A DNA stretch of 64,000 nucleotides from Candidatus Doudnabacteria bacterium (GCA_039931165.1 JBDTSL010000002.1:7134-71133); one strand, 5' to 3'; counted from the stretch's first letter, positions 1 through 9,493 are shown. Notes: generated from the letters alone by a model not told the origin. Translations and numbers: made by a program.

Positions 1-79
1 CACCGATCAACCCGCGCTTAACTCCATCCGGTTTGACCATGACAAATGTCAATTCTTCTTTTGGGTGAGCTTTGGCCAT
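1..79 (-). CDS. ndk: Nucleoside-diphosphate kinase, 5' end only (runs off window)
   Basis: Manual translation from ATG 79: MAKAHPKEELTFVMVKPDGVKRGLIG, the NDK N-terminal T(F/L)xxxKPDGVxRGLIG motif. Not in the ORF track. Confidence 0.9.
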   Translation of the reverse strand, partial: MAKAHPKEELTFVMVKPDGVKRGLIG

Positions 80-80
80 G

Positions 81-190
81 TTTACCCCCTCACTAAATGC
101 CCAAACGATAAAATTGTTTGCGGCATATTAATTTTTTTTGATCTTATCATATTTCCTAGTTTATCCGCCACAATTTGGTGTGGGGGTTTA
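81..190. repeat. TAAA-flanked CCCCC...GGGGG inverted-repeat element spanning the ndk-cyclophilin intergenic region
   Basis: TTTA-CCCCCTCACTAAA (81-97) and TTTGGTGTGGGGG-TTTA (174-190); same ends recur at 28939-28978, 30018-30123 and 52064-52171. Confidence 0.7.
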
Positions 191-886
191 TTGTATCGTG
201 ATCTTATTGATAATCACCGGCTGTAAAGGCACTGACTGCTCGCCGCTGGCAGGATTTACGTCTGTAGGCACGGCCCCGATCTTGGTCACGACATCCATAC
301 CGGAAGTAACATAGCCAAAAACGGTATATTGGCCATCCAAACTTGTCTGAGGCGCTAAAGTCACGTAGAACTGGCTGCCGGAAGAATCTTTGGTCGGATT
401 GACCGCATCGCCGGTTCTCGCCATGGCGATAGCGCCAAGGGTATGTTTGAGCCCGATTTCCGCCGGAATGGTGTAACCGGGGCCGCCTGTGCCGTCGCCT
501 TTCGGATCGCCGCCCTGGATCATGAATCCCTCTACAATGCGGTGGAACTTCAGCCCGTTATAAAATCCGTTTTTTGCGAGTTTAATAAAATTAGCAACCG
601 TCTGAGGCGCTGCTTTGCCGTTCAGGGTCACCTGGAAACTGCCCATGTTAGTGTCAACACTCGCGATCGCTGAGACCGGCACTGCCGCAATTTCTGCTGC
701 GGTGGGCGGGGTTAGAGTAGTCGTGTTGGCGGCTGGAGGCGGGGTTTGTTTGGGAACTGGTGCCGGAGTTTGTATCTGATCATTGGTCGGGGCTTGGGCT
801 TTGTTTGCCCGGAAGTAAAAATATCCTCCGACCAAAATTACCATGACAACGACCACAAGAATTATCATTAACGTTTTATTGTTCAT
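188..886 (-). CDS. Membrane-anchored cyclophilin-type peptidyl-prolyl isomerase
   Basis: [24 protein letters not shown] and YTVFG motifs; N-terminal TM helix and Pro/Thr linker. ATG 886 preferred over TTG 898. Confidence 0.92.
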   Translation of the reverse strand: MNNKTLMIILVVVVMVILVGGYFYFRANKAQAPTNDQIQTPAPVPKQTPPPAANTTTLTPPTAAEIAAVPVSAIASVDTNMGSFQVTLNGKAAPQTVANFIKLAKNGFYNGLKFHRIVEGFMIQGGDPKGDGTGGPGYTIPAEIGLKHTLGAIAMARTGDAVNPTKDSSGSQFYVTLAPQTSLDGQYTVFGYVTSGMDVVTKIGAVPTDVNPASGEQSVPLQPVIINKITIQ

Positions 887-935
887 ATTTTTAATCAATT
901 AATTTTCTTAAGTCTAGCAAAAATTTAACTTTTTG

Positions 936-1089
936 TAAACCCCGTATATCAACATCGATAATGGTTTTTGGTTCCGCTTTTGCCTAAAAGATAAATTTAC
1001 TAGATTATTTACAAGTCATTTATAGCTTGAAATTTTACTTCTCAAAAACCATTACAGGCAAAAGCATCGATGTTGTATTACGGGGTAAA
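936..1089. repeat. MITE-like element with ~20-bp terminal inverted repeats and TAAA direct repeats
   Basis: TAAA-CCCCGTATATCAACATCGAT (936-959) and ATCGATGTTGTATTACGGGG-TAAA (1066-1089); internal complementary blocks AATGGTTTTTG/CAAAAACCATT. The right arm contains the comEC stop codon. Confidence 0.75.
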
Positions 1090-2527
1090 CACCCGAGACC
1101 GGCGCCAGTACCAAGCTGACAAAAAGGAGCACAAAACTAAATAATAAAGCCATACAACATAAAAATCAGCGCGCCAGGAAACGGCGGCAAAAGGCAAACT
1201 CGAAAACAACCCCACTATCCTGATGATGAAACTCAAAAGAAACCAGGTCATGCCTGATACCGGAATTGTCAGCGGGACCCAGACCAGTCCCATCAGGCCG
1301 GTTATAAATCCGAACAGCATCGTGACCGGGACCAAGGGCAGAATTAAAATGTTCGGCAGAATTGCGACCAAAGATAATTGCCCGAAATTATAGAGCAGGA
1401 TCGGCAGGGTAAAAATCTGCGCGGCCAGCGTGGCCAAAAAATATTTGCGCAAGAGCTCGGGCAGCCACAAAAAATACGGCTCCATCAGAGGGCTTAAGTA
1501 AACTATGCCGAGAAGAGCTGCGAAAGATAACTGGAAACCCACGTCAAACGCCAAAATCTGCGGATTGATCAGGAGCATCAACGCTGCGGTAAATGCCAGT
1601 GAGTTTGCAGCCACGCTGACGCGGCCGGTATTAAGCGCCAACAACAGCAGTCCTCCCATGAACCCTGCTCTCACTGCCGAGGCCGACGCTCCGGTCATGA
1701 TCACGAATACAACAATGGCAAAAAGCGAAACCCAGAACGAAAATCTTTTTCGCATGCCCAGCCACTGCAGGATCCAAGCCACGGCCGCGGCAATGATCGT
1801 AATATTGTAGCCGGAGATGGCGACAATGTGCGAGGTCCCGGTCCGGTTGAACTGATCGGTCAGGACTTGAGGAATGGAATGTTTGGCTCCCAAAAGCAAG
1901 CCGCCTAAAAAAGAGCTTTGAGGCTCTGGTAAAACCTGATTGATCACGTCCACGAATTTTTCTTTGATCTTAAAGATCCGGACTTTCACCGGGTTGCCAA
2001 AATTGCCGGGAACAATGGTTATTTTTGGCTGGTAAACCACCGCGTCTATGCCGAACCTGGACAAATAATTTTTATAGGAAAAATCCGGATATTCTTTCGG
2101 AAATTTTTTCTTCGAACTTGAGCTTATCTCCGTATTCATACGGCGGATAGAGGAAGGTCGAAACCAAAATTTTTGATTTTATGGTTTTTCCGTTGACTAT
2201 TAAGCCTGACAAGGTCAGATAAGTTTTATCCGAGCGCACATCCGGCTCTTCCGTAATCACTCCCGTGACTTGGGTGTTCTGGCCGTAAAATTGGGCGATA
2301 TCATTTTGGGCAAAATCCTGTTTAAATCTTACTGCTCCTAAAAGTATAATTAGACCGGTCAGGCCGATCACTACGGCCAGCTTTTTGTGCCAGCCAATTG
2401 TCGCGACAATTATAAAAACCATGGCCAGGATGGCCATGGTTTCGTAATTTATATATTGACCCAAAAATATTCCGAATATGAAGCCCAAACAAAGGATCAA
2501 AAAAATTTTGGGCTTAGTCAGGGTCAT
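1078..2527 (-). pseudogene. comEC: ComEC/Rec2 competence protein, split by a frameshift near 2100-2110
   Basis: 2072-2527 encodes the N-terminal TM and OB-like part; 1078-2139 encodes the Competence domain (GTSHIVAISGYN, SAVRA, DVGFQLSF). The two frames overlap at GAAGAAAAAATTTCCG. Confidence 0.8.
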
Positions 2528-2539
2528 GCAGAAGAAAGA

Positions 2540-3772
2540 CTACCACAACATAGATTTCACTTCAGTGATCAAATCATCCAAATCCACGGTTCGCTGTTCT
2601 TTTTCCCTCAGATTCTTTAAATTGACTTTTTTCTCTTTCGCTTCTTCAGTTCCATAAATCACCGCTACCTGCATATTTTTTGCCTGCGCGTATTTGAACT
2701 GCTTATCGAGCTTGACCGTTTCGTAGAAAAATTCCGTATCAATACCAGCATTACGAAGATTCGTAGCCATGTTCAAGTAATCCGCGGCTAAATTCTTATC
2801 AAGGTTAAAAACAATAACTTCAGTCGCGGTCTGTGGCGCGACCACATCCATTTCCTCGAGGGCGGCTAATAGCCGATCAAGGCCGATGGAACCGCCAACA
2901 GCCGGAGTTTTGACCCCAGTAATATTTTCAATCAAATTATCGTATCGTCCACCACTACCCACGCTTCCAAACTCCGGTTTTTCAAGTAATGTAAATTCAA
3001 AAACGATGCCCGTGTAATAATCCAAGCCTCGCATTAAATATTTATCAAAACGCTTTTGAGTGACACCAGCGCTAGCAAGTAACTCTTCAATTTCTATCAC
3101 GTATGCTTTGCTGGATTCATCCATAAGCTTTGTGTATTCAGCCCAAATGTTTTTACCAAAGCCTTGTTCTCGCAGACTGGCAATAACTTTTTCTTCGCCG
3201 ATTTTATCAAGCTTATCCATCGTGCGCATAAACTTCACAATTTCTTCTTTGGAAAGTTTGAGTTGGGTTAAAACTTCATCCACGAGTTTGCGATCATTAT
3301 ATTTAACTTCAAATGTTCCGATTTCCAAACTTTTATAAGCCGCGATCAGGGCGGCAACTACTTCTGTATCAGCATTAATTGAACTTGATCCGATTACGTC
3401 TATATCGCACTGCATAAATTCCCGAAATCGGCCCTTCTGCGGTTTATCGGCCCGCCAAACATTTCCAATTTGGTATCGTTTAAACGGCATCGGTAAATCC
3501 CGATACTGCCCAAATACCCGGGCCAGCGGCACAGTCAAATCATATCTTAAAGCCACCTCACGGCCACCGAGATCTGTGAATTTATACATCAACTTTTCAT
3601 CTTCACCTAATTTTCCTTGGAATAATTCGTAAGGCTCTAACGCCGGCGTATCCAATGGTGAAAAGCCGAAGCGCTCGAACACTTCAGATACCTTCGAGAT
3701 AATTTTCTTTCGCGCCAGCGCGTCCTGTGGCAGATAGTCGCGAAAACCTTTTAATAACTGGGGGATTTCCAT
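2540..3772 (-). CDS. hisS: Histidine--tRNA ligase (intact catalytic motifs)
   Basis: KGFRDY, LRYDLTVPLAR, WRADKPQKGRFREFMQCD, RGLDYYTG, GGRYD and an anticodon-binding domain. Confidence 0.95.
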   Translation of the reverse strand: MEIPQLLKGFRDYLPQDALARKKIISKVSEVFERFGFSPLDTPALEPYELFQGKLGEDEKLMYKFTDLGGREVALRYDLTVPLARVFGQYRDLPMPFKRYQIGNVWRADKPQKGRFREFMQCDIDVIGSSSINADTEVVAALIAAYKSLEIGTFEVKYNDRKLVDEVLTQLKLSKEEIVKFMRTMDKLDKIGEEKVIASLREQGFGKNIWAEYTKLMDESSKAYVIEIEELLASAGVTQKRFDKYLMRGLDYYTGIVFEFTLLEKPEFGSVGSGGRYDNLIENITGVKTPAVGGSIGLDRLLAALEEMDVVAPQTATEVIVFNLDKNLAADYLNMATNLRNAGIDTEFFYETVKLDKQFKYAQAKNMQVAVIYGTEEAKEKKVNLKNLREKEQRTVDLDDLITEVKSMLW

Positions 3773-3790
3773 AGTCACTTTCAGATTATT

Positions 3791-3832
3791 CTCCCCTTTT
3801 AGGGGAGATGTCGCGTACTCGCGACAGAGAGG
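3791..3832. repeat. Short REP-like double hairpin
   Basis: CTCCCCT-TTT-AGGGGAG followed by TGTCGCG-TACT-CGCGACA. Confidence 0.55.
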
Positions 3833-4062
3833 TTGAATTAAATCTGAGTTTAGTTTAGCATAAGCAAAACAATAAAAAAACAGGTTCTAACCACGATACT
3901 TGGAAAAATTTAGTCGGAATTTGAGCGAATTAGCGTTAAAAAACTTGCCTTGTCAGAATGACAACTGCAAGTTTTAGCGAATGAGCGATAAATTTCGGTA
4001 AATTTTTCCCGTGTCGCCAGCTTTTGGCGCCACCTTTTTGTCTGCACAAAAGGTGGCGAATT

Positions 4063-4281
4063 CTATTCTATCTCGATCAATTTATGCCTGCTTTTGTGTC
4101 CGGAACGAATTCTGATCTTGGACGGTGAAACGTCAAAAAAATCCGAGAGAATATCAATCAGAGCTTCGTTGGCCTGGTTGTCTGCCGGGGCGGCTGTGGT
4201 CCAAACTTTATATTCGTCCAAACCAACCTCTTCAACCCGCTCGAATGACGCCCGAGTTTGGACTTTTACTTTAATTATCAT
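4063..4281 (-). CDS. DUF167 (YggU/UPF0235) family protein
   Basis: VKVQTRA...TAAPADNQANEALIDILS...IRIRSGHKSRHK pattern; 72 aa. Confidence 0.85.
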   Translation of the reverse strand: MIIKVKVQTRASFERVEEVGLDEYKVWTTAAPADNQANEALIDILSDFFDVSPSKIRIRSGHKSRHKLIEIE

Positions 4282-4288
4282 GTTTTAA

Positions 4289-4342
4289 TGTAGCGGAAGG
4301 CTTCAGCCTTCCAAGTCTGGAGGTCTAAAGACCTCCGCTACA
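4289..4342. repeat. GTAG-family REP doublet (REPIN-like)
   Basis: GTAG-CGGAAGGCTTCAGCCTTCC and an inverted GTAG-CGGAGGTCTTTAGACCTCC, 6 nt apart. Confidence 0.75.
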
Positions 4343-4366
4343 TACAGACTGGTAGATCTCAGCCGA

Positions 4367-4885
4367 CTACTCAGTCAACCGATTTACCGGCTTTAAATTA
4401 CGATTTTTTTGCCAAAAAGCTACTAACTCATAGGAACCGAATAATACTCCGACGTAAAATAAGTCGCCCAATAAAGTGCTTCTGAAAAAAGGCAAAGCAT
4501 TGATGTAAGATGCTATTTGCCCGGGCAAGGTGTGCGGATACATTTTGGTTGAATAAAAAAGTACGCAATTCGTGATCAAATAAAACAAAATCGAACCGCC
4601 AAGGCTGGCGCCGACCACCGTAAAAATATTTTTATGGTTCCGGATCATGAGTCCCAGCAAGCCGATCAGAACAAAACTGCCGTAAATAAGCAGGCGTGAC
4701 TGCAATGAATCAAACCCGATAAAAATATCGGATAAAAACATAGCGGCCAGAGGCACGATCAGCGCGTAGCGCTTGTTCAAATATACCCCGCCGAACAGGG
4801 CCACGGCGCCAATTGGCGTGAAATTCGCCGCATGTGGCATGACGCGCAGGAGAGCGCCAAATAAAATAAAAAAGTAGGCTAGCAT
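4367..4885 (-). CDS. DUF6580-like putative transporter (possible solitary ECF S-component/BtuM-like)
   Basis: 172 aa, highly hydrophobic; RxxPHxxNFTPIGAVALFGG, LSD, FYLITN and ALPFF...GDL motifs; stop/start overlap with the DUF4430 gene. Confidence 0.7.
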   Translation of the reverse strand: MLAYFFILFGALLRVMPHAANFTPIGAVALFGGVYLNKRYALIVPLAAMFLSDIFIGFDSLQSRLLIYGSFVLIGLLGLMIRNHKNIFTVVGASLGGSILFYLITNCVLFYSTKMYPHTLPGQIASYINALPFFRSTLLGDLFYVGVLFGSYELVAFWQKNRNLKPVNRLTE

Positions 4886-5325
4886 TATTTTGTGGTATCA
4901 ACAGCATCAATTTCCCATTTGATCATATCGGTTGATTTCGTCACGTATGCCGATGCGCCGACTTGTGAAAATTGTCCATTAACATACATGGCCCAGAAAT
5001 GTTTGCTGTCAGGAGATACGCCATCAATGCCAGACACCATATCGCCGAACGAATAATGCGTGGCTTCTACCCGATGACTCGCCTTCAGCAGTTCCAAGGC
5101 ATTTTGCCCGTCTACTCCCGGGTATTCTATGATATTCGAAGGCACCAAGGGAGCCGGATTGACTGAAGTTTGGCCGGAAGGAGAAGTGGCGTCATTCTGA
5201 ATAACATTTGCATTATCCGCGACTGGTGCCGGCAGCGGTTTTTGTTTGAACGCGTAAATAATGCCTATCGTAGCGATAATCACAACGATTACAAATAGTT
5301 CAAGTTTTCTTCCTATATTTTCCAT
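4885..5325 (-). CDS. Membrane-anchored DUF4430 (transcobalamin-like C-terminal domain) protein
   Basis: N-terminal TM helix, then NALELL...SFGDMVSGIDG...FWAMYVNG...VGA...IKW. Confidence 0.8.
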   Translation of the reverse strand: MENIGRKLELFVIVVIIATIGIIYAFKQKPLPAPVADNANVIQNDATSPSGQTSVNPAPLVPSNIIEYPGVDGQNALELLKASHRVEATHYSFGDMVSGIDGVSPDSKHFWAMYVNGQFSQVGASAYVTKSTDMIKWEIDAVDTTK

Positions 5326-5373
5326 AAAAAAATATTAATTATTTTCGCCTATCAATCTTAGCAAGGAATACAA

Positions 5374-5910
5374 CTAATAATCAATACCCCGTTGAGCCAG
5401 GATTCCCTTATAATAAGGATGTTTGATCATTTTCATTTCAGTCACCAGATCCGCCATGTCAATTAATTTCTTGAACTTTTTATGCCCGGTCAGGCACAGA
5501 TGAATTTCCGCGGGCTTGGATTTGATAATTTTTACTACATCTTCAATCGACAGGAGCTTTGATTCAATGGCCGAGATCGCTTCGTCCAAAATCACCAGAT
5601 TATATTTTTTGCTTTTCATAGCTTTAATACTTTCCTTCATGGCGTTCTTCGCGGCCTTGATATGCGCCGCGATCGGCTTCCTGTCACCCAGAATGCCGAC
5701 AAACCCTAGGCCCATCAATTTCACATCCACATTTTTCAGTTTCGATAAAATTTCCCGTTCACCGCTCGGCCAGTCGCCTTTCACAAACTGCAGATACAAA
5801 ACTTTCATCCCGGTGCCCGCGGCGCGCACAGCCAATCCGGCGGCGGCCGAAGTTTTGCCTTTACCGTTGCCGATATAAACTATGGTCAGGCCTTTTTTCG
5901 GTGAGTTCAT
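5374..5910 (-). CDS. btuR: Corrinoid adenosyltransferase, BtuR/CobA/CobO type
   Basis: GNGKGKTSAA P-loop, QFVKG, ILDE, LTG, ADLVTEM, KHPY...GIDY. Confidence 0.92.
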   Translation of the reverse strand: MNSPKKGLTIVYIGNGKGKTSAAAGLAVRAAGTGMKVLYLQFVKGDWPSGEREILSKLKNVDVKLMGLGFVGILGDRKPIAAHIKAAKNAMKESIKAMKSKKYNLVILDEAISAIESKLLSIEDVVKIIKSKPAEIHLCLTGHKKFKKLIDMADLVTEMKMIKHPYYKGILAQRGIDY

Positions 5911-5958
5911 ATTGACTTAAAACAATACCTTTGTTATTTTTTAAATGTTGAAAGGAGG

Positions 5959-6342
5959 ATGAATTTGGGAGCTGAAATCAAATCAATTTCGGATGACCTG
6001 ACAGAACTGGGAATAGTAATTCCAAAAACCTCCCATGCGCGCGTTGTGATCTGGAATTTTCTTTTGGGCCCCATGGTTCCGCCCGAAGTAAGATCCCGAC
6101 GCCTCCAAGAGTTCACGGCTTTCCAGGATTCGTATCTGGGGAAAAAAATCCGGCGGAAACTTGAACCAGATGTTGTCGGCATTGTTGACCATATCAGGCC
6201 GATCACAGGCAGCAGCTTCGGAAGGTCCGCCTCCAATCAGTCCCAGCTATTATCCGCCCATGAAGCCTACGTCAAATGGGTGGGTAAAAAAACTGGAGCG
6301 ATGCTGCGGCTAGACCAGATCGAACTTCTCCTCGACCCCTAA
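5959..6342 (+). CDS. Hypothetical protein
   Basis: 127-aa ORF with AAAGGAGG just upstream and a hairpin plus T-run downstream; no recognisable motif. Confidence 0.5.
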   Translation: MNLGAEIKSISDDLTELGIVIPKTSHARVVIWNFLLGPMVPPEVRSRRLQEFTAFQDSYLGKKIRRKLEPDVVGIVDHIRPITGSSFGRSASNQSQLLSAHEAYVKWVGKKTGAMLRLDQIELLLDP

Positions 6343-6371
6343 GGCGCTCCGGCGTCTTTTTTTATTTATTT

Positions 6372-6593
6372 TTATACTTCTTCTTTTTTGGATTCAGTTT
6401 TTGCTGCTAATTTATCTTTCAGCTTGGCAATCGCCCGGTCCAGCGCAGCTATGTCAAGAACGCTCATCCCGGGCTCCAGCTTGGCTTTTTCCAACCCCGC
6501 GATCCTGTAAGGAAGGTTTTCTGCGTTCCCATTTTTTGGGCCATCATCTTTCTTACGTGTTGTATATGCAGGCCTGTGATCTGAAGAAGTCAT
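6372..6593 (-). CDS. Small hypothetical protein
   Basis: 73-aa ORF with AAGGA upstream, same strand as nrdJ. Confidence 0.5.
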   Translation of the reverse strand: MTSSDHRPAYTTRKKDDGPKNGNAENLPYRIAGLEKAKLEPGMSVLDIAALDRAIAKLKDKLAAKTESKKEEV

Positions 6594-6761
6594 AAATTAT
6601 TTCCTTTTTTCCATTGAGCGAGGGCAGCCGCTTCCTTTTTCTGCTCTAGCGAGGTACAGTTGTAAAATTAGCCTTCGGAGGCCGCATCAGCGGCCGAGAA
6701 CGCAGGCTGCAAAATTCGGTAGAATTTTGACAGCCGGTAATTTTCAACTGTACCGAGCGAT

Positions 6762-9452
6762 TTAACATTTACTAAACCCGCACATCTCACACTTTGCGCA
6801 GCCTTCTGCCAAAACCATCATGTTGCCGCATTCCGGACAGCCGGGAGCCAGGCCGTGATTGGCCATGGAAATTTTCTGGCTGGTGAATTCCATGCTGCTG
6901 GTGTGAACTTCTTGCGTGACGGCCTGAAACACCGGTACCTGTTCCGTTTTCGGGATTTCCATCTTTTCCGCGACGGAAAAATCCAATTGCAATTCTTTCT
7001 GTCCGCGCTTGAGATGATTTTCCAAGACATTGGCTATAGCATCGGGCAGAGAAAGAATTTTTTCGCCGTTATGGAACATCGGGTCCGGGCCGCGGATGCC
7101 TTTCAGCTGTTCGGTCACGTCTTGCAAAGAAATTCCGGAGCGGAGCGCCAGAGAAATCATGCGGCAGATCGCTTCGGTCTGAGCGCCAAAAAATCCGCCG
7201 GCTTTGCCGAGCTGGGAGAAAACCTCAAACGGCCCGTATTCATCCTCGTTGACCGTGACATATAGATTGCCATAAGCGGTCGCTACTTTATATGTGGAAC
7301 CCTCCATGACATCCGGACGCTTGCGCGGTGAGACATGGGTCATTTGAGGCGTAGGTTGTGAAGTTGGCATAAATTGCGGGGTTAGTTGTGGTGTTAAAAC
7401 CTCGTCTTTGCGAGCCGTAGGCGAAGCAATCTCTTTTTCTAAAGCTTGGTTACTTAATAGATCTGCCGCGATTTTATTTTCCACTTGATCCGACGCGTCT
7501 TTGCCCAGTTTTTTATGATCCGTGGCCAGGATCTGTTCATCGCGGCTGCCGTCGCGGTAGATCGTGCCGCCTTTACAACCGAGGTCGTACATCAGTTCGT
7601 AAAGTTTTTTCGTCTGCTCGATCGTGTAGTCTTCCGGCGCGTTCACGGTTTTGGAAATTGCCGAATCAGTCCATCTCTGCACCGCGGCCTGGACCTGGAC
7701 GTGTTCTTCGGGAGTCAGTTCCATGGCGGTGACAAAGTAATCCGGCAGCTGCTCGCCCGGATGCGCGTCCAGCCAGTCTTTCGCCAGCTTGATATGCTCC
7801 TTGTGCACGCCTAATCTGGATTTGCGGAAATATATCCAGGAGAAGAACGGCTCAATGCCGGTGGAAGTGCCGACCATGGTGCCGATCGTGCCGGTCGGGG
7901 CTTGGGTCAGGATGGTGACGTTGCGGATGCCGTATTGCCTGACCAGGTGGCGGATATATTCCGGCATGCGCTGCATAAATCCCGATTGTAAAAATTTATC
8001 GGCTTCGAATTTCGAAAACGTCCCTTTCTCTCTTGCCAAGTCCACCGAAGTTTCGTAAGCGGTGATGGAAATAAACTGATAAAGCTTGTCGATGAACTCC
8101 ACTCCCTGAGGACTGCCGTAACGAAGGCGCAACTGGATCAGCATTTCCGCGAGCCCAATGGTGCCCATGCCGACCCTTCTCTCGCTCATCTGTTGCTGGT
8201 AATTCTCGTCGAAGAAATACGGTGTCGCGTCTATGACATTATCCTGAAACCGCACCGCATCCTGCACCGTCCGTTTCAGTTTGTTCCAGTCAACGTCGCC
8301 CGCTTGCCCATCCACGTGCTTGGCCAGATTTATGTGGCCGAGGTTGCAAACTCCCCATGCCGGCAGAGGCTGCTCGCCACAAGGGTTCGTGCACGGCAGA
8401 TCGGCGAAATAATGGGAATTAGAATAATAATTGGCCCGATCAATAAAATACATGCCCGGTTCGGCGGACGAGTGGGCGGAAGAAATGATATTGTCCCAAA
8501 TATCGCGGGCCCGGACGGTCTTGTGTTTGACCACTTTTCCGCCGATCTCGCGCCAGCGGTTGAGGTTGCCGTCCCATCGGTCGCGGTAAAGCACATCCGA
8601 GGTGTCGGGAAAAACCAGGTCCCACGGCTGGTCGTTTTTTACGGCCGTCATAAAATCATCGGTAATGCCCACGGAAATATTGGCATTGGTTATCTTGCCG
8701 GCTTCTTTTTTCGAATTGATGAAATCGATCACATCAGGATGCCAAACATTCAGGATAAGCATCAAGGCACCGCGCCGGCTTCCGCCCTGTTCGATGAGGC
8801 CGGTCACAAAACTGTAAAGCGAAGCCCAAGAGACGGAGCCGGAAGAGCGGCCATTTACACCTTTGACGTAAGCGTAACGGGGCCGAAGCGTCGAAACATT
8901 GATGCCGACACCGCCGCCGCGGGACATGATCTCAGCCATCTGGCTGAGAGTTTCAAAAATTCCGCCTCTGGAATCTTTCGGGGACGGTATTACGTAACAA
9001 TTATAATAGGTCAGATTCTGTCCCGTGCCCGCTCCGGTAAAAATCCTGCCGGCCGGCACGTATTTCCAGTCATCCATCAGGTCGCGGAACCGTCCTTGCC
9101 ATTCGGCCTGTAATTCCGGAGTGGCTTCCACCGAGGCGATGTGACGGGCGATGCGTTCGAACATTTGTTCGGGAACCGTTTCCAAAGGCTTGTCCACATG
9201 TTCAATAGCCCGCGTTTCCAAAGTGCCATCGCGGAGCTTTACCACCACTTCCCGCACATCCTGATTGATCTTCTCCACGACTCCGATCTCCCGCTGGCCG
9301 GTTTTCAGATTAACACAGACAACCACCGTATCACCCACGGCCATAGTTTCTTTTTTGGCGTCTTTAATGGCGTAGCGGTCCAGGAAAATTTTTTCTCCAA
9401 GTTCGGCCAAGGCATTGGTTTTTCGGGCTTGCAGGTTCTCTTTGGGTTGCAT
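6762..9452 (-). CDS. nrdJ: Adenosylcobalamin-dependent (class II) ribonucleotide reductase with C-terminal TSCPD/Zn-finger domain
   Basis: NCYV, QGGSRRGA, TNPCGEQ, APTGT, ISKTVN, YRDGSR and C-terminal CPEC...EGCAKCEMCGFSKC; no NrdB gene adjacent. Confidence 0.93.
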   Translation of the reverse strand: MQPKENLQARKTNALAELGEKIFLDRYAIKDAKKETMAVGDTVVVCVNLKTGQREIGVVEKINQDVREVVVKLRDGTLETRAIEHVDKPLETVPEQMFERIARHIASVEATPELQAEWQGRFRDLMDDWKYVPAGRIFTGAGTGQNLTYYNCYVIPSPKDSRGGIFETLSQMAEIMSRGGGVGINVSTLRPRYAYVKGVNGRSSGSVSWASLYSFVTGLIEQGGSRRGALMLILNVWHPDVIDFINSKKEAGKITNANISVGITDDFMTAVKNDQPWDLVFPDTSDVLYRDRWDGNLNRWREIGGKVVKHKTVRARDIWDNIISSAHSSAEPGMYFIDRANYYSNSHYFADLPCTNPCGEQPLPAWGVCNLGHINLAKHVDGQAGDVDWNKLKRTVQDAVRFQDNVIDATPYFFDENYQQQMSERRVGMGTIGLAEMLIQLRLRYGSPQGVEFIDKLYQFISITAYETSVDLAREKGTFSKFEADKFLQSGFMQRMPEYIRHLVRQYGIRNVTILTQAPTGTIGTMVGTSTGIEPFFSWIYFRKSRLGVHKEHIKLAKDWLDAHPGEQLPDYFVTAMELTPEEHVQVQAAVQRWTDSAISKTVNAPEDYTIEQTKKLYELMYDLGCKGGTIYRDGSRDEQILATDHKKLGKDASDQVENKIAADLLSNQALEKEIASPTARKDEVLTPQLTPQFMPTSQPTPQMTHVSPRKRPDVMEGSTYKVATAYGNLYVTVNEDEYGPFEVFSQLGKAGGFFGAQTEAICRMISLALRSGISLQDVTEQLKGIRGPDPMFHNGEKILSLPDAIANVLENHLKRGQKELQLDFSVAEKMEIPKTEQVPVFQAVTQEVHTSSMEFTSQKISMANHGLAPGCPECGNMMVLAEGCAKCEMCGFSKC

Positions 9453-9493
9453 GGTTGATTCTTAGTTTAATTACTTTTAAATCGATCTTTATT

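Noticed and set aside
5911-6761. Cobalamin riboswitch upstream of btuR
   Set aside because: CAACTGTA resembles part of the motif but is one arm of an inverted repeat; the GGGAA/GGTG/AATCC core and B12 box were not found.
6762-9452. Intein or intron in nrdJ
   Set aside because: Catalytic motifs are contiguous and no splice-junction or homing endonuclease motifs are visible; extra length is the linker and TSCPD domain.
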